Of a stretch of DNA of 64,000 bases, positions 9,542 through 19,109 are shown piece after piece; positions within the stretch are counted from its first letter, which is position 1, and each line of letters starts with the position of its first letter. The stretch is from Flavobacteriales bacterium (lineage in GTDB: Bacteria; Bacteroidota; Bacteroidia; Flavobacteriales_F; PHOS-HE28). The stretch is from assembly GCA_013360395.1 (NCBI GenBank), contig JABWBQ010000012.1:2191-66190 (forward strand). Reading direction: 5' to 3'. The notes below the pieces were generated by a model that was given only the letters and a program-made list of their open reading frames with translations, was not told the DNA's origin and made no database searches. The position numbers and the translations under genes were made by a program.

Positions 9542-9629
9542 AACGGGTGTGTGTGCACATGGTCCGGTCGTTTGATGCGGTGAAGCTATTCGCCCGGAAA
9601 CGGAGAACCAAATCGATCTGAGGAACGGT

Positions 9630-9917
9630 TTTCGGCCTCAAGCCGCCAGCTTACGGCTTCCAGCCGAACGCCAACGTCCACAGATGGACGCCGATGGGCA
9701 CAGATGCTCGCTGGCGCTCGCCTTCAGCCTCCGGCCACCGGCTTCCGGCCGCTAGCCTACAGCTTCCAGCCAAATGCGAACGTCCGCAGATGGCCGCCGA
9801 TGGCACAGATGCTCGCTGTCGCTCGCCTCCGGCTTCCGGCCGCCGGTTTCCAGCTTCCAGCCTCCAGCCACCGGCTTCCAGCCTCCAGCCTCCAGCTTCC
9901 AGCCACCGGCTTCCAGA
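9630..9917. repeat. Composite intergenic repeat: three heptamer arrays (5, 7 and 13 units, consensus near YWCCRGC) separated by two ~57-bp cores carrying a CACAGAT triad
   Basis: Heptamers at 9630-9664, 9722-9770 and 9827-9917. Cores 9665-9721 and 9771-9826 are near-duplicates with period 106. Confidence 0.9.
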
Positions 9918-9968
9918 GGCTTGATCCTCAACGAGGCCGTGAACAATGCCACTGCCTACCTTTGCCCC

Positions 9969-10229
9969 ATGCTCCGCCGGGCCTGGCCTTTGCTGCTCCT
10001 GTTGCCCCTGCTGCTGGTCCTGCCGGCTGATGGGCTGGCCCAAGGCTGCGCCATGTGCAAGGCCACCGTGGAGGGACAGCAGCAGGCCTTCGGTGGCGAG
10101 CAGAACATCGGCCGTGGGTTGAACAGCGGCATCCTGTACCTGATGGCGGCGCCCTACGTGCTGCTCTTCCTGCTGTTCCGCAAGAAGATCGTGGGCTTCT
10201 TCAAGGAGTTCGCGAACGCCGAAGGTTGA
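9969..10229 (+). CDS. Small conserved Bacteroidota membrane protein with CxxC (AQGCAMCKA...GLNSGILYLM..PY)
   Basis: ATG at 9969 follows TACCTTTG. Signal-like N-terminus, CAMC motif, C-terminal TM helix. The ORF-track extension to 9774 merely runs through the repeat. Confidence 0.8.
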   Translation: MLRRAWPLLLLLPLLLVLPADGLAQGCAMCKATVEGQQQAFGGEQNIGRGLNSGILYLMAAPYVLLFLLFRKKIVGFFKEFANAEG

Positions 10230-10340
10230 ACCCCGGCGCCGAGGTCCTGGAGGCGGCGTGCTTCGAGGCTCGAGCTTCCCGGGTGCGGACATGACCCGAA
10301 TGCCGATCTTCGCTCATTGCGTACGATCCCCCTTGTAGCC

Positions 10341-12404
10341 ATGATGTACCGGCACACACTCTCCATCGCCGCAGGCCTTCTGTCCGTGTTCGCCGCGCAG
10401 GCCCAGCCCAAGTCCCCCTTCACCTACCAAAAGATGCTGCTGCTGGACCGCATCAGCGGCCTGGACGTCAGCCCCGACGGGCGCTACGCGGTGTTCAACG
10501 TGCGGGCCACCGACATGGAGAACAACAAGGGCGTGACCACGCTGTGGATGAAGGACCTCAGCGATCCGGCCAAGCCCGAGGTGAAGCTCGGCGTGTCCGA
10601 GGGTGGCGCCAACGGTGCGCAGTTCAGCCCGGACGGCCAGAGCATCTACTTCCTCTCGGGCCGCGGCAGCGACGGCATCACCCAGGTGTGGAAGACCGAC
10701 CTGAAGGGGGAGATGGCGGCGCAGGTCACCACCCTGCCGCTGGACGTGGGCAGCTTCCGCATCACCCCGGACGGCAAGGGCCTCGTGGTCTCCCTGGCGG
10801 TGTTCCCGGAGTGCAAGGGCAATGAGATCGCCTGTACCGTGGAGCGGAACGAGGCCCGCAAGAAGGACAAGGCCACCGGCACGGTGTACACCAGGATGTT
10901 CGTGCGCCACTGGTCCACCTGGGAGGACGGCACGCGCAACCACCTCTTTTACGTGCCCATGGCCGGCGGCACGCCGGTGGCGATCACCGACGGACTGGAC
11001 GGTGACGTGCCCTCCAAGCCGTGGGGCGATGAAGGCGACTACTGGATCGCGCCCGATTCGAGGACCGTGTACTACAGCGTGCGCACGGCGGGCACCACCG
11101 AGCCGTGGAGCACCAACTTCGACATCTGGAGCGTGCCCATCACCGGCGGCACGGCTACCAACCTCACCGCGGAGAACAAGGCCTGGGATGCAAGCCCGCG
11201 CCTTTCGCCGGATGGCAAGACCTTGGCCTACCTGGCCATGCAGCGGCCCGGCTTCGAGGCCGACCGCTTTTGGATCAAGCTGCGCGACCTGGCCACCGGC
11301 AAGGTGACCACGCTGGCCGGCGACTGGGACCGTAGCGTAGGCGCGATGAAATGGAGCAAGGACGGCAGGAGCCTGCTGGTGACGGCGCAGGACGTGGGCC
11401 GCACCAAGCTCTTCCGGATCGACGTGAAGAAGGGCACCGTCACGCCGCTGAGCAAGGATGGCCACATGGACGCCTTCTTCGAAACGCCCAAGGGCTTCGT
11501 GTTCCTGAAGAGCGGCCTCAACAACCCCTCGCAACTGTTCGCCGCCAAGCCCAAGGCCAAGCTGATCGATGAGGGTGCGACCAAGCTCACCGCCATCAAC
11601 AAGGAGCTGGAAACGCTCGCCTTCGGCCAATACGAACAGTTCAGCTTCCCCGGCTGGAACAACGAGACGGTGCACGGCTACGTGATCAAGCCCGCCAACT
11701 ATGTGGAAGGGAAGAAGTACCCCGTGGCCTTCCTGATCCATGGCGGTCCGCAGGGCAGCTTCAGCGAGTCGTGGAGTTTCCGCTGGAACCCGCAGACCTA
11801 CGCCGGCGCGGGCTACGCCGTGGTGATGATCGACTTCCACGGCAGCACCGGCTACGGACAGGCCTTCACCGATGCCATCAGCCAGCACTGGGGCGACCGT
11901 CCGCTGGAGGACCTGCAGAAGGGCTGGGCCTACGCGCTGAAGACCTATCCCTTCCTGGACGGCGACCGCGCGGCCGCGCTGGGCGCCAGCTACGGCGGCT
12001 TCATGGTGAACTGGATCGCCGGTGTCTGGCGGGATGCCTTTAAGTGCCTGGTGTCGCACAACGGCGTCTTCGACCAGCGTGCCATGGGCTATTCCACCGA
12101 GGAGCTCTGGTTCACCGACTGTGAGGTGGGCACGGACGTGTTCAACCACCCGGAGGCCTACGACAAGTTCAACCCCGTGATGCACGCCAAGGATTGGAGC
12201 GTGCCCATGTTGGTGATCCACTCCGACCACGACTACCGCATCCCGCTGTCGCAGGGGCTGGGCGTGTTCACCGCCTTGCAGGCCAAGGGCATCCCCTCGG
12301 AGTTCCTGCGTTTCCCCGACGAGAACCACTGGGTGCTGAAGCCGCAGAACTCACGCATGTGGCATGACACGGTGTTCGGGTGGCTGGAGAAGTACTTGAA
12401 GTAG
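10341..12404 (+). CDS. S9 family peptidase (prolyl oligopeptidase/DPP5-like), secreted
   Basis: Signal peptide, PD40-like SPDG propeller repeats, IHGGPQ, GASYGG nucleophile, DYRIP and ENHW triad residues. Confidence 0.92.
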   Translation: MMYRHTLSIAAGLLSVFAAQAQPKSPFTYQKMLLLDRISGLDVSPDGRYAVFNVRATDMENNKGVTTLWMKDLSDPAKPEVKLGVSEGGANGAQFSPDGQSIYFLSGRGSDGITQVWKTDLKGEMAAQVTTLPLDVGSFRITPDGKGLVVSLAVFPECKGNEIACTVERNEARKKDKATGTVYTRMFVRHWSTWEDGTRNHLFYVPMAGGTPVAITDGLDGDVPSKPWGDEGDYWIAPDSRTVYYSVRTAGTTEPWSTNFDIWSVPITGGTATNLTAENKAWDASPRLSPDGKTLAYLAMQRPGFEADRFWIKLRDLATGKVTTLAGDWDRSVGAMKWSKDGRSLLVTAQDVGRTKLFRIDVKKGTVTPLSKDGHMDAFFETPKGFVFLKSGLNNPSQLFAAKPKAKLIDEGATKLTAINKELETLAFGQYEQFSFPGWNNETVHGYVIKPANYVEGKKYPVAFLIHGGPQGSFSESWSFRWNPQTYAGAGYAVVMIDFHGSTGYGQAFTDAISQHWGDRPLEDLQKGWAYALKTYPFLDGDRAAALGASYGGFMVNWIAGVWRDAFKCLVSHNGVFDQRAMGYSTEELWFTDCEVGTDVFNHPEAYDKFNPVMHAKDWSVPMLVIHSDHDYRIPLSQGLGVFTALQAKGIPSEFLRFPDENHWVLKPQNSRMWHDTVFGWLEKYLK

Positions 12405-12439
12405 CGCACGTCCATTCGCGACCGTTGTATCTTCGTTGT

Positions 12440-12616
12440 ATGGTGGTGGTCATCAAACGGGGCATGTCGAAGCAGCGCATCCAGGTGCAACTGCGGAAAC
12501 TGCGCACGCAGCGGGCCAAAGCGCAGAAGCCTGTTGACGTCTACAAGTATGTAGGTGTCCTCAAGCTCGACGAAGATCCTGTTGCACTCCAGCGCAAGTG
12601 GCGGGATGAGTGGTGA
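12440..12616 (+). CDS. Putative antitoxin (58 aa) of a vapBC-type pair
   Basis: Small ORF ending DPVALQRKWRDEW that overlaps the PIN gene start; preceded by TATCTTCG at 12428-12435. Confidence 0.7.
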   Translation: MVVVIKRGMSKQRIQVQLRKLRTQRAKAQKPVDVYKYVGVLKLDEDPVALQRKWRDEW

Positions 12617-12980
12617 GAGCCTGGTGTTGGACACCAACGTGGCCCTCTTTCTCCTTCGTGGGGACAGGTCCGCCGCAGATGCGATCGCAGGTCAACGGGT
12701 GGTGATCTCCTTCATCACGTACATGGAGCTGCTCAGTAAGCCTGGCATGAGCCGAGCAGAGACCAAGGCCGTGACCGCGTTCGTGAACGAGTGGCCGATG
12801 ATCGAGCTGGATGCCCGGATCATGGAGGAGGCCATCCGTTTGCGGAAGACCTACCGCTTGAAGATCCCGGATGCCATCGTGGCCGCCACGGCCTTGACAC
12901 AACAGATCCCTTTGCTCACCGCCGATGGCGACTTCGAGCGGATCAAGGACGAGGTCGCGGTGTTGATGTACGAGGTGTAG
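12606..12980 (+). CDS. vapC: VapC-family PIN domain toxin
   Basis: LVLDTN, ISFITYMELL, LKIPDAIVAATA and LLTADGDF PIN motifs; 124 aa from ATG 12606. Confidence 0.9.
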   Translation: MSGESLVLDTNVALFLLRGDRSAADAIAGQRVVISFITYMELLSKPGMSRAETKAVTAFVNEWPMIELDARIMEEAIRLRKTYRLKIPDAIVAATALTQQIPLLTADGDFERIKDEVAVLMYEV

Positions 12981-13014
12981 GTGCCCGGTCATCAACCGCC
13001 CACCAACGGGCAAC

Positions 13015-13044
13015 TTGAAGAGCACGCCAACGCTCTTATCTTCG
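13015..13044 (+). promoter_or_regulatory. Bacteroidota sigma-70 promoter (-33 TTG, -7 TATCTTCG) for the SAM riboswitch-metH transcript
   Basis: TTG at 13015-13017, 19-nt spacer, TATCTTCG at 13037-13044; matches TTG-N19-TAnnTTTG with one mismatch. Confidence 0.7.
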
Positions 13045-13062
13045 CACCGCGTTCTTTCCATC

Positions 13063-13203
13063 GCTTATCCAGAAAGGCAGAGGGACTGGCCCTGTGAAGC
13101 CTTGGCAACCTTCGTCCCGCCGAAGTCCGTGAAAGCGGACGCAGGCGGACGTCCGACGATAGGTGCTAAATCCAGCTCCGGATGTTTCCGGGGAAAGATG
13201 AGC
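13063..13203 (+). promoter_or_regulatory. SAM-I (S-box) riboswitch aptamer
   Basis: GCTTATCCAGAAAGGCAGAGGGACTGGCCCTGTGAAGCCTTGGCAACC...GGTGCTAAATCCAG...GAAAGATGAGC; P1 GCTTATC/GATGAGC; upstream of methionine synthase. Confidence 0.95.
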
Positions 13204-13239
13204 CGTGATCAGGTCGCGATCCTCCTTCGGGAATAGTGC

Positions 13240-13270
13240 AGCCTCATCCGGAACATCGGGTGGGGCTTTT
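13240..13270 (+). terminator. Riboswitch intrinsic terminator (expression platform)
   Basis: GCCTCATCCG...CGGGTGGGGC followed by TTTT. Its 5' arm (CTCATC) can alternatively pair with the P1 3' strand GATGAG as an antiterminator. Confidence 0.8.
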
Positions 13271-13281
13271 GTCTTTCTGGG

Positions 13282-13384
13282 ATGCGGTGAAGGTGGTGAG
13301 GGTGGAAAGAATGGTGAGAAAGCACCGGGCAAGCCGTGGCTCTCTTTCTCACCACTCTCACCCTTTTCACCCTTCTCACCGCAT
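13282..13384. repeat. Imperfect inverted repeat built of 9-mer GGTGA-type units (four per arm)
   Basis: Left arm ATGC-GGTGAAGGT-GGTGAGGGT-GGAAAGAAT-GGTGAGAAAG (13282-13322). Right arm CTTTCTCACC-ACTCTCACC-CTTTTCACC-CTTCTCACC-GCAT (13344-13384). Confidence 0.85.
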
Positions 13385-13416
13385 TCAGCACGGAAAGCAC
13401 GCACAAACGCACCACG

Positions 13417-14418
13417 ATGACCACCCTCGAACGCATCGCCCAAGAACGCATCCTCGTCCTCGACGGGGCCATGGGCACCATGATCCAACGCCTCGGCCTG
13501 AAGGAGGAGGACTTCCACCCCAAAGGCATGGAGGACCACAAGGTCCTGCTCAAGGGCAACAACGAACTGCTCTCGCTCTCGCGGCCCGACGCGATCCGCA
13601 AGATCCACGAGCAATACCTGGAGGCCGGTGCCGACATCATCGAGACCAACACCTTTAGCGCCACCAGCATCGCCCAGGCCGAGCACGAATGCAGCCACCT
13701 GGCCCGCGCGATGAACCTGGCCTCCGTGCGCCTGGCCAAGGAAGCCTGCGCCAAGTACACCGCGATGGATCCCGCCAAACCGCGCTTCGTGGCCGGTGCC
13801 ATCGGGCCCATGAACAAGACCGCCTCGCTCAGCCCCGATGTGAACGACCCCGGCTTCCGCGCCGTCACCTTCGACCAGCTCGTGGCCGCCTACAAGGAAC
13901 AGGTGGAGGCCATGCTGGATGCCGACGTGGACATCCTGCTCGTGGAGACCATCTTCGACACGCTCAACGCCAAGGCCGCCTTCTACGCCATCGACGAGGT
14001 GTTCGAGGCACGGGGCAAGCGCGTGCCGCTCATGTGCAGCGTCACCATCACCGATGCCAGCGGGCGCACGCTCAGCGGCCAGACCATCGAGGCCTTCCTC
14101 ATCAGCATGCAGCATGTGCCGCTCTTCAGCATGGGCCTCAACTGCGCGCTGGGCGCGGCCCAGATGCGTCCCTACCTGGAAGTGATCGCCGAGCAGAGCC
14201 CCTGCCGCGTGAGCATCTACCCCAACGCCGGCCTGCCCGACCAGATGGGTGAATACCGCGAAACGCCCGATGTCACCGCGCGCCTCGTGGGCGAGTTCAT
14301 GGCCAACGGCTGGGTGAACATCGTGGGCGGGTGTTGCGGGACCACGCCGGAGCACATTGCAGCGCTGGCGGCGGAAGCGAAGAAGCATCAACCTCGTAAG
14401 GCTCCGGTGCTGGTATGA
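13417..14418 (+). CDS. metH: Methionine synthase N-terminal part (homocysteine S-methyltransferase domain)
   Basis: ILVLDGAMGTMIQ, GADIIETNTF, ETIFDTLN, GLNCALG and GGCCGTTPEHI motifs; ATG at 13417. Confidence 0.95.
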   Translation: MTTLERIAQERILVLDGAMGTMIQRLGLKEEDFHPKGMEDHKVLLKGNNELLSLSRPDAIRKIHEQYLEAGADIIETNTFSATSIAQAEHECSHLARAMNLASVRLAKEACAKYTAMDPAKPRFVAGAIGPMNKTASLSPDVNDPGFRAVTFDQLVAAYKEQVEAMLDADVDILLVETIFDTLNAKAAFYAIDEVFEARGKRVPLMCSVTITDASGRTLSGQTIEAFLISMQHVPLFSMGLNCALGAAQMRPYLEVIAEQSPCRVSIYPNAGLPDQMGEYRETPDVTARLVGEFMANGWVNIVGGCCGTTPEHIAALAAEAKKHQPRKAPVLV

Positions 14419-14457
14419 GTGCATCACCACAGAGGCACAGAGGGCACAGAGGAGGGG

Positions 14458-14850
14458 ATGACGCACAACGAAGTATCAGGCAAGGTCATCAGGGCGGCCA
14501 TTGCCGTCCATCGGGAGTTGGGTCCCGGTCTTCTGGAGAGCGTGTATCAAGTCTGCTTGATGGCCGAATTGAAGAGCATGGGCTTGCACGTGGAAGAACA
14601 AGTCGCGGTTCCCATTGTGTACCGTGGGGAACGGTTGGCGAACAGCCTTCGGATCGATCTGCTCGTGGAGGACCGGGTCGTCGTGGGGATCAAGGCCGTC
14701 GAGGATCTTCATCCCATTCATATGGCCCAACAGCTGACCTATCTGAGACTGACCAAAAAGAAGCTCGGCTTGCTCATCAACTTCAACACGACCAAGCTCG
14801 TTGACGGGATCGAGCGTGTCATGAACGGATACTTGGATGAAGGGGAGTAA
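14458..14850 (+). CDS. GxxExxY protein (PD-(D/E)XK-like nuclease family)
   Basis: VHRELGPGLLESVY (GxxExxY), RIDLLVE..VVVGIK, AQ..TYL and GLLINF motifs; 130 aa from ATG 14458. Confidence 0.92.
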   Translation: MTHNEVSGKVIRAAIAVHRELGPGLLESVYQVCLMAELKSMGLHVEEQVAVPIVYRGERLANSLRIDLLVEDRVVVGIKAVEDLHPIHMAQQLTYLRLTKKKLGLLINFNTTKLVDGIERVMNGYLDEGE

Positions 14851-14900
14851 TGCGAAATACTTCACCACAGAGGCACAGAGGACACGAAGTGAGTCCAGTT

Positions 14901-15040
14901 GCATTTCTCTGTGCCCTCTGTGTCTCTGTGGTGAGCCCCGCCATCCCGTCGTCGCATTTCTCTGTGCCCTCTGTGCCTCTGTGGTGAGCCCCGCCATCCC
15001 GTCGTCGCATTTCTCTGTGCCCTCTGTGCCTCTGTGGTGA
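14901..15040. repeat. 53-bp tandem repeat, about 2.6 copies
   Basis: GCATTTCTCTGTGCCCTCTGTGYCTCTGTGGTGAGCCCCGCCATCCCGTCGTC starting at 14901, 14954 and (partially) 15007. Confidence 0.95.
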
Positions 15041-15053
15041 ACCCGCATTTCCA

Positions 15054-17735
<2,682 letters not shown>

Positions 17736-17768
17736 ACCTTCCGCCGGGCAATTGCGTATGCAGGCCCC

Positions 17769-18995
17769 GTGCGACGCATACGCCTTCCGTCCGTCCTGGT
17801 CTGTTGCCTGGCCATAGCCGGGGTACAGGGCCAGGATGCCGTCCGCCTGACCCAGGAGAACGGCGACTGCACGGGGGCCATCCCCATCGCCGACTCCGTG
17901 TTCCACCAACCGGCGGCGGTGCGCGGCTTCGGCAACAAGCTGGAGATCAAGGAGAACCCGGTGGACCACTTGCAGTGGTTCGAGCGGGAGCACCACACCA
18001 CGTGGTACAAGTTCCGCAGCCCGGCCACCACCACGCTCACCTTCGACATCATCCCCGACGATCCGGCGGACGACATCGATTTCCTGCTCTTCGAGGGTGC
18101 CATTCCGGGCATCTGCGAGAAGATCCCCGACCGGCAGGTGCAGCCCGTGCGTTCGAACATCTCCCGGAACGATCCGGCGTTGGGCAGCCGATGCGGTCTC
18201 AGCAGGGAGGCCACGGAGGATTATGTGCGTTCCGGGGTGGGGGCCAGCTACAGCAGGGCCATCGAGGTGAAGGAGGGCGACCTGTTCTACCTGGTGATCG
18301 ACTATCAGGACCGTCCCCTGGCCGGCTACACCATCCACTTCCACTATGACCCGCCGCCCAAGCCGGTGGAGGAGGAGACGGTGGAGCAGCAGCAGCTGGT
18401 GATCAACATCACCGACGCGCGCAGCCGTGAACCGGTGGAGGCCAACGTCACCATCGACGGCATGGTGTTCGACAAGGTGGTGGAGGCCAAGGGCAGCAGC
18501 ACCTACACCTATCGGATGGACATGTACCGCAACCTGAAGATCGGTTGCGTGCGGGAGGGATACATGTTCACCTCCGTGAAGGTGAAGGGAAGCATGGAAC
18601 CCACGGTCACCGTGGACCTGAAGCTCACGCCCATCGCAGCAGGCGAGCACGTGGTGCTGGAGGACATCCGATTCGTGGGCAACGAGGACAAGGTGCTGCG
18701 CCAGAGCGAGGCGAGCCTGCTCCTCTTGCTCCGGTTCATGCAGGCCAACCCCCGCGTCCGCATCGAGGTGGAGGGTCACGTGAACGGACCGACCTTCAAG
18801 AACAAGAAGGAGTTCATCGACCTGAGCACCTCCAGGGCCCGGGCCGTGTACGATTTCCTCCTGGTCAATGATGTGGAGCCCGAGCGCATCAGCTACGTGG
18901 GCCTGGGCAACTCGCGGATGCTGTTCCCCGAGCCCAAGAACAAGGAGCAGAGCGAGGCCAACCGCCGGGTGGAGGTGAAGGTGATGAGCAACTGA
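17769..18995 (+). CDS. OmpA family protein (N-terminal beta domain, carboxypeptidase-regulatory-like domain, C-terminal OmpA domain)
   Basis: Signal peptide; C-terminal IEVEGH...LSTSRARAVYDFL...G.G...NRRVEV. Confidence 0.85.
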   Translation: MRRIRLPSVLVCCLAIAGVQGQDAVRLTQENGDCTGAIPIADSVFHQPAAVRGFGNKLEIKENPVDHLQWFEREHHTTWYKFRSPATTTLTFDIIPDDPADDIDFLLFEGAIPGICEKIPDRQVQPVRSNISRNDPALGSRCGLSREATEDYVRSGVGASYSRAIEVKEGDLFYLVIDYQDRPLAGYTIHFHYDPPPKPVEEETVEQQQLVINITDARSREPVEANVTIDGMVFDKVVEAKGSSTYTYRMDMYRNLKIGCVREGYMFTSVKVKGSMEPTVTVDLKLTPIAAGEHVVLEDIRFVGNEDKVLRQSEASLLLLLRFMQANPRVRIEVEGHVNGPTFKNKKEFIDLSTSRARAVYDFLLVNDVEPERISYVGLGNSRMLFPEPKNKEQSEANRRVEVKVMSN

Positions 18996-19109
18996 GGTCC
19001 GCCGTCCGAACCCGCCCATCACCGTTCATCCGTTCCGCCGCTCCGGGCCCGACGTCCCGGGTATTTTTGCCCGTACCGCCCCCTGTTCCGATGCTGGTGG
19101 GCGGCGGAC

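Larger units (their letters stand above)
14424..15040. mobile_element. Putative repeat-bounded GxxExxY element between the two metH genes
   Basis: 28-bp TCACCACAGAGGCACAGAGGGCACAGAG at 14424-14451, a degenerate direct copy at 14862-14889, and inverted copies at 14907-14934, 14960-14987 and 15013-15040. Lower GC than flanks. Mobility is inferred. Confidence 0.6.

Noticed and set aside
9651-10030. ORFs with LEAGGWR or PPASS repeats
   Set aside because: They are translations of the heptamer DNA repeat in several frames. The real gene starts at 9969.
14901-15040. CRISPR-like array (28-bp repeat with 25-bp spacers)
   Set aside because: The spacers are identical, there are only three repeats, inverted copies lie upstream and there are no cas genes. 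It is a tandem duplication.
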